The translations under genes were made by a program, and so were the position numbers. A stretch of DNA of 64,000 nucleotides from Octopus sinensis (lineage: Eukaryota). Shown here piece by piece: positions 13,881 through 26,127 of this stretch (its first letter is position 1; each line of letters opens with the position of its first letter). The notes below the pieces were generated by a model. The model did no database searches, was not told where the DNA came from, and saw only the letters and a list, made by a program, of their open reading frames with translations. The stretch is from the NCBI RefSeq assembly GCF_006345805.1, contig NC_043009.1:7440001-7504000 (forward strand), given 5' to 3'.

Positions 13881-14028
13881 TAGGGAGAATTCACACAAAA
13901 ACAAAAGACGAAGACAGTGGTGTAGACACCAAACAGATGTATTAGTATAACGCTCAGGAAGTGAAAACGTTTTTAATGTTTCGAGCCTACGCTCTTCCAC
14001 AGAAAGGAACACAGAAAGAAATAAGTAG
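13881..14028 (-). mobile_element. Penelope-like terminus with variant hammerhead core (CTGTGGA)
   Basis: Minus strand TTT-CTGTGGA-A-GAGC-GTAG-GCTC-GAAAC-ATT-AAAA; same stem II arms as the 2251 motif; abuts (TA)n. Confidence 0.55.
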
Positions 14029-14054
14029 AGAGAGAGAGAGAGCATATGCTCGAA

Positions 14055-14102
<48 letters not shown>

Positions 14103-15254
14103 GCATTGATTGAATAATATATTATAGTAATAGGCTAAATAATGACGGAAAAATGAAAACAGGCCAGACGGTCATAAAATGCGTTTGAAACAATATACTC
14201 ACTCAGGGCTCACTTTGCGTTGCCGAAAATAAATATAAAAAGAGTAGTTTATTGAAGCAAATAAATAAAACAAAATGCATGAAAATACCGGGCATGGATT
14301 CATGAAATATTAGACGAATATTTTGTTAGCCAAGTGGAATGTGAAACGCTAATGTGTGTTCTCGATATCGATGTTCAGGCGACGAAGAATCGAATGTGAA
14401 ATATTCCGAAATGAGTTTGTCACACATTAATATTGTTATATCTTTGTGTGTGTGTATGCATATATTAAACACATACATGCATATATATTCTGTATATGCA
14501 TAAATATATATGCTTATATATGTCACTATTTGCGCGCACACAAACACACACATCTATATATGTATATATGTGCGCGTGCCTTTGTGTGTGTGTGTGTACC
14601 TGATACTCTGACAATTGCATTTTTGTCATTTTAAGATTATCAATTAATTCCATTGGCACATGGCCACCTATTTGTATGAGTGAGGCATTGATGACTGAAT
14701 TCATCAAAGTCCATGACGGGTGTTCGATTGTTATTATAGCCCTAGGTCAGCCACGCCAGACCGTCTTTGATCTCTGATGAAAGATGCTCCAGCAGAGCTT
14801 CCATTCTTTTATTCTCACTTTGTGTAATTATCCAATGTGTCTTTTCTTCTTTTTAAATTATACTATTTGAGCGAGGAATTCGCTATTATTTCTAGCTTGT
14901 TGAACCAACAGTAACAATCCCACTCCTTTCGTTGGCACTCTCTCTATGGAGCACAATGGCACGAAAGGAAATTTCGAACCTGGAATTAAAATTTACTAGA
15001 ATGTAAACAAACAGACCTAACTAAACTTAGGATATGACTCTCAAACTTTTGTAGTTCTGCGCCCCTTTCACAGAATGGCATTTTGCAAACGACCCCTTCG
15101 CGTAGTCTACAATATGTCCCCTTCTAAAAATTCGCCAAACAAGCAATGCATTAGAAGATTATGACGATTTATTTTTTATGATGATTTATTATCCCAATTT
15201 TCTTATATTCTTCAATCAAGTAGATGCTTCGTTTTAGATATTTGCGTGGATTAA

Positions 15255-16047
15255 CCCCTTAATGGATTATCCCAAGTTTACTCGTGCATCGCAAATGTAT
15301 CTTTTTAGAACCAGACGAGTATACTCGGTCAAAATTAACTTTTAATTTTAGTACTCAAATGAGTTTATTTGGTTTGTGTCATTTCCTTTTTGAGCAATCA
15401 CGAATTTACTCGCGCTGTTTAAAAAAAAATAAGTATTTTTTCATTTGATGGATTTGGCTATCTGGAATGCTTATGTTTTGTATAAAGCATCTTTGGAAAC
15501 CTCAGCTTCTATGAAACCGCTGAAATTTAAAATGCATATAATCACCAAAATTATTGAAAAATATAGGTCCTTATTGCCTCCCAGGAAACCAGGAAGACCA
15601 TCATCGATCCCACATCCAACAAGATTTGCCCCGGCTGGTCACTTTCCCATGGAAAAACCACCAAGTGATAAGAAAAGAACCCTACAAGACAGTGTGAAAA
15701 ATGCGCAGAGAAGAGAGACGCTAAAGGAAAGGAGATTCGAAGAGAAAGCAGATACATGTGTGATGCCTGCAAGATAACTTTGTGTGTAACTCCTTGTTTT
15801 TAAAAATTATCTCATTTCCTTTGATTTAACAGCAATGCATCTAATAAAAAATCGAAGATAGTTAAGTTATATGTATTTTTTCAATGTCCGAGTTAACTAG
15901 TTTAAATCCAAATAAGTTAAAGTACATTTTAATTTCTATAATAAAAAATTTTGTAATTAACACAGTGCATATAATTAAAGAAAGGAATTATAAAAAAATA
16001 TGCTCTGAAATGAAATGCCATACCAAAATAATTGATCTATTAAGGGG
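15255..16047 (+). mobile_element. Non-autonomous piggyBac deletion derivative
   Basis: TTAA at 15251-15254 and 16048-16051; TIRs CCCCTTAATGGA / CCCCTTAATAGA (11/12); internal transposase C-terminal remnant. Confidence 0.9.
15434..15803 (+). pseudogene. piggyBac (PGBD4-like) transposase C-terminal remnant, frameshifted
   Basis: VFFHLMDLAIWNAYVLYK followed, after a frameshift, by the Cys-rich domain CEKC...RRESRYMCDACKITLCVTPCF. Confidence 0.85.
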
Positions 16048-16101
16048 TTAAATCTCCTCTATTTTGAATTTTTATGGAACTTGTTAAAGAATGTGTGCAA
16101 T

Positions 16102-16499
16102 TTTATCTTTATCTTTTACTATTTTCAGTCACTACACTACGACCATGCTGGGGCACCATTTTGAAGAATTTATAGCAGAATTATCGAACTCAGCATTTAT
16201 TTTTTGTTAAGCCTGATACTTATTGTATCGGTCTCTTTTAACGAACTGCTAAGTTACAGAGACATCAACACCATTTATCATGCAGTGGTGAGACATAAAT
16301 ACAAACACAAAGACATACACACAGATACGTATGACGGGCTTCTTTCAGTTTCCGTCTATCATGTGCACTCACAAGGCTTTGGTCGGCCCGTGGCTATAGT
16401 AGAAGATACTTGCCGAAGGAGCCACCTTCCAACTACATGTCCAAGACCATGTAGTTGGGGTGGGAAGCATGTTTCTTACCACAAAACCATATATGCACC
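16102..16499 (-). mobile_element. SINE family A, diverged
   Basis: Alignment to family A copies. Confidence 0.8.
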
Positions 16500-16500
16500 C

Positions 16501-16506
16501 AAAAAA
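16501..16506 (-). terminator. Possible Pol III T-run terminator of the tRNA-like gene
   Basis: TTTTTT on the minus strand 8 nt after the tRNA-like 3' end. Confidence 0.4.
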
Positions 16507-16514
16507 TTACCAGC

Positions 16515-16589
16515 AAGCTTCGCTGGGGTTCGATCCCTCGACCTCCAGTTTACTAGAGTGGCGCTTCAACCAAACTGGGCTATGGAACC
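16515..16589 (-). pseudogene. tRNA-Thr(AGT) pseudogene
   Basis: GGTTCCATAGCCCAGTTTGGTTGAAGCGCCACTCTAGTAAACTGGAGGTCGAGGGATCGAACCCCAGCGAAGCTT is colinear with eukaryotic tRNA-Thr(AGT) (loop CT-AGT-AA); mismatches in the acceptor, anticodon and T stems. Confidence 0.7.
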
Positions 16590-16591
16590 AT

Positions 16592-16809
16592 CTCTTTTAC
16601 TCTTTTACTCTTTTACTTGTTTCAGTCATTTGACTGCGGCCATACTGGAGCACCGCCTTTAGTCGAGCAAATCAACCCCAGGACTTATACTTTGTAAGCC
16701 CAGTACTTATTCTATCGGTCTCTTTTGCCGAACCGCTAAGTGACGGGGACGTAAACACACCAGCATCGGTTGTCAAGCAATGCTAGGGGGACAAACACAG
16801 ACACACAAA

Positions 16810-16875
<66 letters not shown>

Positions 16876-17004
16876 CATATATACGACAGGCTTCTTTCAG
16901 TTTCCGTCTACCAAATCCACTCACAAGGCATTGGTCGAAGACACTTGCCCAAGATGCCACGCAATGGGACTGAACCCGGAACCACACAGCCACTCCTGCT
17001 CCTA
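16592..17004 (-). mobile_element. SINE family A with (TAAAAGAG)n tail
   Basis: Near-consensus copy with small deletions. Confidence 0.9.
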
Positions 17005-17278
17005 TATAAGGAAATTATATTAGGTCCAGTATATCATCAAGGAATTTAGCTTTCCTCTCAGAATTTCAAGAATTTCAGGTAGCCAGTATCAACAATAAAA
17101 AGCAAATCATTCTAATTACTGAATCCACAATTCTGTTATAGGTTGCAGGTGCCAATTCCGTACTTGAGAGTTTGGATGATGCCGCGGAAGGCATTCGACT
17201 CAACGGCAACGTTCGAAGAACGAAATTCGTCAGATACAAACTTCGAAGGTAGTAAATCTTTTCACGTACTTCAGGAGC

Positions 17279-17792
17279 GTGGAGACGCAATGGCTCAGTG
17301 GTTTGGACAGCGGACTCGCGGGCGTAGGATCGCGGTTTCGATTCCCAGACCTGGCATTATGAGTGTTTATTGAGCGGAAACACCTAAAGCTCCACGAGGC
17401 CCCGACATTGCGTGGTGGTGAACCCTGCTGTACTCTTTCACCACAATTTTCCCCTACTCTTTCTTCCTCTTTCTGTTGTACCTGTATTTCAAAGGGCCAG
17501 CTTTGTCACACTCTGTGTCACGCTGCTTCTCCTCGAGAACTACGTTAAGGTTACACGTGTCTGTGGGGTGCTAAGCCACTTGCACGTTAATGAGCTGCGA
17601 CGTCACTGGTGTCAAGCTGTATCGGCCTTTGTCTTTGTCTTGGATAACATCGGTGGCGTGGAGAGTGGAGGCTGCTATGCGTGAGCGACTGCTGGTCTTC
17701 CATAAGCAACCTTGCCCAGACTTGTGCATCGGAGGGTAACTTTCTAGGTGCAATCCCATGGTCATTCATGACCAAAGGGGGTCACAACAACA
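17279..17792 (+). mobile_element. SINE family C, long form, with 11-bp TSD
   Basis: A box TGGCTCAGTGG, B box GGTTTCGATTCC; TSD ACTTCAGGAGC at 17268-17278 and 17793-17803. Confidence 0.9.
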
Positions 17793-18064
17793 ACTTCAGG
17801 AGCAGAAGAGACAATTTTTATTATTTTCATTATTATTATTATTATTATTATTTTGTATGTCTTTAGCTGTCAAATATTTATGTCATTTCGTGTCTGTAAA
17901 TCTATTTATAATTTGCAGTCTCATTTTTCTACAAAAATCTCACCTCTCTGAGTGTCCTGAAAACGAACTACCTTCATTCAGTGTCTGAATCTGTCTTACT
18001 TTATTGCTCTTGAACCTAGATGGGAAGCAAAAACCATATGAAGATATTACTGTGTGGCACTTAC

Positions 18065-18557
18065 TGTGGCTTTGAAGATTTTGAGCTTGAAATCTCTACT
18101 TAGATTTGATGACCAGAGCTTATGCATATCATTACAGGCTGACCAGACCATACCCTTTCTAGTTAGAAAATCTTTTTCAGATAATGATATGTATGACCCA
18201 AGATATTTGTAATCAGAAAGCATATTTAAGAGCGTATTGTTGAGAGAATGGATGATGAAATCACTGTTGGACAGGCATTTGTTGACATATTCATCTGTAT
18301 CATCTCTTGTGAAAGGTAGAAGAGTCCAGTTTGCTGGACATTGTTGTAGAGCTGAAAACGAGGTAATTTCTCCTCTTCTCCTCTGGAAGCCATCTGCTCG
18401 CGATATCAGAGGGCGCACACTCTCCTACCCTGATGTAATTTCCATGGATACAGGCATCCAGCAACAGGACCTCCGTAATGCTATAATGGACCGGGAAGTA
18501 TGGCGTAACATAGTAAATTCCATTGTCTCATCCACGGTCGAACAATGATTATGACGA
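18065..18557 (+). mobile_element. RTE-group LINE 3' fragment with inverted 5' segment
   Basis: Plus 18293-18548 encodes VSSLVKGRRVQFAGHC...RGRTLSYPD...DREVWR; minus about 18292-18065 encodes DYKYLGSYIS...FKATV (end of RT); TSD TGTGGCACTTAC at 18053-18064 and 18558-18569; degenerate (GAT)n tail. Clade assignment is approximate. Confidence 0.85.
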
Positions 18558-19764
18558 TGTGGCACTTACATGCAGTTAGCTTGTGCCTCATTAAATGCGA
18601 CCAGGACAAATCCCCGCCAAATAAAGATTAAATAGTAAACTTTCTAAAGTACCAAGCAACATTAAATAAAGGATTCTCTTTCCAGGACATTACTGAAAAA
18701 GACCGATCTGATGAGTGTCACCCTCCTATGTATGTATGCATTTATATATCATAAGAACACAAATGGCTTAAAGGTTCACTACAGTTGTTTCAGACTCGTT
18801 ATTTATTGATGAATAATTCAATTATATCATGAAGTCAAAATGTTTTCTTCGGGTGAATTACAAATTTAAATTTTGGTTCGGAGAAAAAATACCAAGATGT
18901 GTAATGTGGTCTGACTGTCATTTTGGCAACTATAAAGATTAAATTTTAAATTAGACACAGCTCTAATAATGCAAACATTACCGATGTCGCCGCTTATTGC
19001 TTGCGGGATTTATCCAGGGAAAAGTCCCTTTAAGACGTCGTGTTAAAAAATCACTAAATACCGCAAGCCAGACTAAAAGAATAGCTCAGTTGATAAACGG
19101 GAAAGGTAGATGTTCCGCTGTTCACGCATTAATCGAAGTCATCCAACATAAACCTTGCTCTCCTTTTTTACGTGTCTTCTCTGTCTAGCCAGCTCTTCGT
19201 AATCTCTCTCCCGTCTAGCTCTCTAACTCTATATATCTGTCTTTCTATGTAATTACCTCCACCGACCTAAAAAGTCCGTCACTGTCAGTTTATCTGTATA
19301 CCTGTCTATCTGTCTGTCTCCTTCCTCTCGCCCCGTCTCTGTCTGTTTGTCAGTCAGTCTATCTCTCTCCCTCTCTCCTTTATCTTCCCCCTCTGTCTGC
19401 GCTTATTTGCTCCCTTTTCTTTCTTTCATTCTTTGACAAAATAACTAGGAACTCTATCTCTAGCAATAACAAAAGCAACAACTGCAACACCTGCCAAACA
19501 GAGAGCCTTTAAGTAGGTTCATCGACCTGTTAGAAACTGTAGCCAAATCGCCCTAAAACGGCACTTTATAGTCTTAGATACAATAAATGGCCTAGGTGGT
19601 CAGAGTTAGAAGGGCTTTGATCAAATTTTTTGCTGGATTGGATCAGAGGTGATCTCCGGGTAAATATCAACAATCGCAACGACGATAAGAGAAACAACAT
19701 CGACATAGACAAAAAAGGTTTCTCAGAACAAAAATCGTTTCCAATACCAATGAAGAGGGATTCA

Positions 19765-20570
<806 letters not shown>

Positions 20571-20899
20571 ACCTGCTATAAGCATCTATCTACCACACAC
20601 ACTTACATATCTTCCATTCTGCAACATCTCTTACTCGATCGCAGCACACACCCCCACCTTACATATCTCTCACTCCCACACATACCCTGCCCAACATATC
20701 TCCTTCCCCTGCTACACCCTCATCCACTAACCCCCTCACAATTCCTTTCTCCTCCCCGCCAACCCACGAGATTGTTATTTTTTCCCCCTTTTGACCAGAA
20801 TTGTGTACTTGATGATGGCGGTGGCGAAGGCGTTGTGGTGGTGTTTTTGGACTCGTGATTAGCATGGTGTTGTTGTGATGATCTTGATGGTGATGCATT

Positions 20900-21830
20900 C
20901 GTATCGCGATTGCAGTAGTTCTGCGGTTTAGTGCGAACACGATGTTGGTGGCGTTGGTGCTGCGTTCGCATTGTGATGGTGGTTGTGTGAGAGTTTTGTT
21001 CGTGTCGTGAAGGTAGGTAGTGGTATTAGAGTTTAAGGCGGCGAGGTGGCAGAAACGTTAGCTCGCCGGGCGAAATGCTTAGTGGTATTTTGTCTGCCGT
21101 TGCGTTCTGAGTTCAAATTCCGCCGAGGTCGACTTTGCTTTACATCCTTTCGGGTTCGATTAAATAAGTACCAGTTACGCACTGGGTCGATATAATCGTC
21201 TTAATTCGTTTGTCTGTCCTTGTTTGTCCTCTCTGTGTTTAGCCCCTTTTGGGTAGTAAAGAAATAGGTATTAGAGTTCTGTTCGTTTCCTAAGGTTCGA
21301 AAGTTTTAGAGCTGAGTTCGTATCGTGATGGAAATGACTTGGGAGTTGTGTTCGTATTGTGATGGAGATAGTTTTAGAATTGTGTTCGTGTCGTAAAAGT
21401 GACGGTGTTGCAGTTGCGTTCGTATCGTGATGGTTTTGGTGTGGAGTTCTGTTCGTATTTGATGGAGAGGATGTGGGACTCGTGTTCGTATCGTGATAGT
21501 GGTGGTATTGGTGCTGTGTTTCTATTATGATGGTGATGGCGGTGGTGTTGGTGCAGCGTTGGCATTGTGATGTGTTGGAGTTGTGTTCGTATCGTGAAGG
21601 CAGTGGTATTAGAGTTCTATTCGTGCCCTGAGGTTTGAAAGTTTTAGAGTTGTGTTTGTATAAGGATGGTAGCAGTGTTGGAGTTGTATTCGTATCATGA
21701 AGGTGGCGGGGTGGTGCTGCTTCGTTCGTATCGTAATGGTGGCGGTGTTGGTGCTGCGTTCATAATGTAATTATGGTGGTATTGGTGTTGTGTTCGTATC
21801 GCGATGCTGGTCCTACAGCTGTTATCTTCG
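20900..21830. repeat. Degenerate 33-34-bp minisatellite with core GTTCGTATCGTGA
   Basis: Six consecutive 33-34-bp units at about 21315-21515 and further degenerate units on both sides; interrupted by a SINE B. Confidence 0.75.
21035..21266 (+). mobile_element. SINE family B with 12-bp TSD
   Basis: TSD GGTATTAGAGTT at 21022-21033 and 21267-21278. Confidence 0.9.
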
Positions 21831-22259
21831 TATCATGAAGGCGATGGATTTTGTGAGGTTGACATCGTTGTTGTACCAAGAGGTGTTCATGTAGTGTCAT
21901 ATCAGTGTTACATACGATGGTATCATAGCGGTGTTGGTGTCACAGTTGGAGTGGTGTTGCGAAGGTGTCCTAGTGATGGAGTTGCTGTCAGGAGTGGCAT
22001 TATGGTGTTGGTGTTATGGGTGGCATTATAGTGGTGTCGAACTGGTGGTGGAAACGAAGCTGTTTGGAGTGGCGTCTTGGTGATGATAGCTGTGGTGGCT
22101 TTGTAGCGCGAGTGGTATTTGGGGTGGCATTTTGGTGGTAGTAGTGGTAGCATTGTCGTGGTGCGGTGGTTGTGGTGAAGGTGCTGTTTCGAGTGGCGTC
22201 TTGGTGGTGGTGGTAACGTTATGGCGACGTCATGGCAGTAGTATTGCGTGGTTTGTAGT

Positions 22260-23184
22260 AGTGGCATGGTAGTGGTATCATGATAGCGCCATGGTGGTGA
22301 TGGTGATAGTGGTAGCGCTGTGACGGCGGCGTTGGCAGCATCGGCGTTGCAGTCGTGGTGGTGTTCTCATGCTGGTTGTGTGCAGATGGCGGGGAGATGG
22401 CTTGCGATATTTGTGGCGGTGTCGTGACGGTAGAGGCGGTGATGTTTGGGATGGTGTTGGTCATAGTGTTGATGCTGATGGTGGTGGTGGTGGTAGTGGT
22501 GGTGGTGTTGGTGGTGTTGGCGATAGTGTAGTGGTCGTGGTGTTGGCGTTGGTGGTAGTGGGGTGGGGTTGTGGTGTTAAGACAGATTGATCCTTTAAAT
22601 ACATCCTAGGAAATCATTTATACCTTACGGTGTTCCTATTTACATAGCAGTGAGTCATCAAAGGGGACAGACCTATTATAATAACGACAGAAAAAGGGGC
22701 GAGGACGAGGGGCGAATAGCAAGATAAGATAGAGAGGGTAGAGGAGGTGACGTGTAGGGCGGAGGGGGGCAAGAGAGAGAGAGAGAGAGATAGAGAAGAA
22801 TATGAGAGAAAGAAGGAAGAAGAGAAAGAGAGATAGTGAGAGAGTGAGAGAAAGGACATAATTGTGAGGAGTAGGAAGAGGAGAAAAAGAAGCAGTAGGT
22901 GTACTGGTAGTGGTAATGGTTGGGGCAGTGATGATGGCGACGACGATGTTAGTAGTAGTAGTAGTAGTAGAAGGAGGAAAAAAAGTTGAAGGGGACGAAG
23001 AAGGAAATTATAAAGATGAAGAGGAAAGTAAAGAAGAAGAAAAAGGAGAAGGAGGAGGAGGAAGATGGAGTAGAAGAAGTTGAAGAAGAAAATATAGATT
23101 AACAAGATGAAGAACAAGAAGGAAGAGAAGAAAGAGGCTGAAGATGTAAGACTATAGCTGAATGTAGAGAAGTAGATTATCAGA

Positions 23185-23231
<47 letters not shown>

Positions 23232-23450
23232 AACGATGATGATGATGATGATGACGGTGATGATGATGATGATAACGGTGATGATGGTGACGAAGAAGTA
23301 GAAGAGAATAGAATGAAGATAAAAAAGAGGACGTAAGCATTAGATGTATTAGTAGTAGTAAGAGAAGTATTTGCTGTAGTACTGCTGGTAGTAGTAGTAG
23401 TAGTAGTGGTAATGATGATGGCGGTGGTGGTGGTGGTGGTGGTGGTGTTT
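22260..23450. repeat. Degenerate GGT/GA/GAT/GTA simple repeats
   Basis: Direct observation. Confidence 0.85.
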
Positions 23451-23636
23451 AGCCCCAGGCTATCCCTTATTGAGCAATCTTATGATCAAAGATGTTCCAG
23501 CCATGAACACTTCATCTTTTTTTTCCAGCCTCACACTCACACGCACACACTGACACACACACACATACACACACACAGATAATATGTGTGTATATGCATG
23601 TAAGTATATAAATGTACTAGAATATATATATATATG

Positions 23637-23690
<54 letters not shown>

Positions 23691-24220
23691 CTACATATGT
23701 ATGATTACATATACATATGTATACACACACATACACATACATAATGTGTGTGCACGTATGTATGCATATAAATATACTAGAATATAAATATATATATAAG
23801 TATGTTCACATATACATATGTATACACAGACACACATACACACACATACACACATATAAATGTACATATACACATGTATACGTGCGCACCGATACGCGTG
23901 TATTCACAAACATATAACATACAGACTGTGTGTGCGTGTATGTATGTATATGTGTATGTACGTACGTACGTATGTATTACGAGCCACACGTACACAGACA
24001 TTGGACAATATCATCGAAGGTGTCTTTTTTCTTTAGGAATAATAAATGTCGTTTTTGAGGGAGATTTGACAGCAATTTCAAGCATATCGATGGAACCTTC
24101 ATAATTCAAGCTAAAGTTACTGTTGATGTTGCTTGGTGAGGTTTTCCCACTAATGCTGGCATTGGTTGTGTTACAGTTGTAGTAGTACAAGTAGCAGTAG
24201 TAGTAGCAGTAGTAGTAGCA

Positions 24221-24276
<56 letters not shown>

Positions 24277-24584
24277 CATGTCGGCTATGGTAATGGTGGT
24301 TATTATTGGGAAAGGTAGTGCGGTCACACTCGTGTCGTTGTAGGGTTGTTGATGTTGGTGGCGATAGTGGAGGCGGAGGGAGTGGTGGTGGTGGTGGTGG
24401 TGGTGGTGGTGGTAAGAAGTTGAGTTGAGGTATTGGGGGGAGGGGGGGTAAGAGATTAACGAGAAGAAAGAAACGAGATGCTGACGCATATGTCGCCTTA
24501 GGAGATATCTCATCTCTATCGCTTCTCAGGAATCACAATCTCTAAAAAGTTTTATTTACTTAACTATTAATGGTTGCTATTATC

Positions 24585-24589
24585 TATCC

Positions 24590-24684
<95 letters not shown>

Positions 24685-24800
24685 CATCTATCTACATATC
24701 TATCTATCTATCTATCCATCTATCTACTTATCTATCTATCTATCTATCTATCCATCTATCTATTTATCTATCTACCTACCTACCTATATGTCTATCTATC
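24585..24800. repeat. (TATC)n microsatellite
   Basis: Direct observation. Confidence 0.95.
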
Positions 24801-25232
24801 TATCTACATGTCTATCTGTCGTTATACACGGACACATACATACATATATACATACATAAATATATATGTATATATGTATGTATACACACACGCACCCTCA
24901 AAACAATGAGGCTATGAGGCTTGAGCAGTAGAATCACGCATAAATGTATGTATATATATATATATATATATACACATACAAACATACATACATACATACA
25001 TGCATATATAAACAAGATAAAATTATAAATGGATAGAAAGATCTGAAGGATTGATTTGGTACAGTTTTAGAACGTTTGTCATATTTATTGAAGAAATGGT
25101 TTTGAGGTACCCGGATTGCCGTCAACACTTTCTGTTCAATTTTTGCACGCAATTTTTTCAATAACAAATACATATATACTATATATCCATGTACGAATAT
25201 ATTAGTTTTATTATAATTATTAGTGAAGTTAT

Positions 25233-25450
25233 TAAGGTGGCGAGCTGGCGGAATCGTTAGCACGCCGGGCGACATACTTAGCCTTATTTCGTTTGTCTTT
25301 ACGTTCTGAGTTCAAATTCCGCCGAGGTTGAATTTGCATTTCATCATTTGGGGGTCGATGAATTAAGTAACAGTTGCGTACTGGGATCGATCTAATCAAC
25401 TGGTCCTCTCCTCCAAAATTTCTAGCCTTGTGTGTAGAGTAGAAAAGTAT
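25233..25450 (+). mobile_element. SINE family B, diverged
   Basis: Consensus match; source of the inverted copy at 25815-25979. Confidence 0.85.
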
Positions 25451-25474
25451 ACTATCATTATTAGTGAAGTTGTT

Positions 25475-26127
25475 AAGGCGGCGAGCTGGCAGAATCGATA
25501 GCACACCGGGCAAAATAATTAGCTCTACTTTGTCTGTCTTTACGTTCTGAGTTCAAATTCTGCGAAGGTTGACTTAACTATTAATGGTTGCTATTATCTA
25601 TCCATCTATCTATCTATCTATCTATCCATCTATCTACTTATCTATCTATCTATCTATCTACCTACCTACCTATATGTCTATCTATCTGTCGTTATACACG
25701 GACACATATATACATACATAAATATATATGTATATATGTATGTATACACACACGCACCCTCAAAACAATGAGGCTATGAGGCTTGAGCAGTAGAATCACG
25801 CATAAATGTATGTTACTGTTACTTAATTCATCGACCCCCAAAAGATGAAATGCAAATTCAACCTCGGCGGAATTTGAACTCAGAACGTAAAGACAAACGA
25901 AATAAGGCTAAGTATGTCGCCCGGCGTGCTAACGATTCCGCCAGCTCGCCACCTTAATAACTTCACTAATAATTATAATGTATGTATGTATGTTTGTATG
26001 TGTATATATGACTTTCATCATTTTGGAGTCGATGGATTAAGTACCAATTGCATAATGAGGTCGATCTAATCAACTGCCCCCCTCCCACCAAATTTCAGTC
26101 TTTGTGCCTATAGTAGAAAGGATTATT
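25475..26127 (+). mobile_element. SINE family B interrupted by a 433-bp templated insertion
   Basis: 5' part ends GGTTGACTT at 25575 and resumes TGACTTTCATC at 26009, as in the consensus GTCGACTT/TGCCTTTCATC. Confidence 0.85.

Noticed and set aside
17279-17350. tRNA-like sequences at SINE heads
   Set aside because: They continue into SINE bodies and lack complete cloverleaves, so they are not called as tRNA genes.
21315-21515. CRISPR-like look (conserved core plus variable spacer)
   Set aside because: Eukaryotic DNA, core only about 10 bp, spacers are related to each other, no cas genes.
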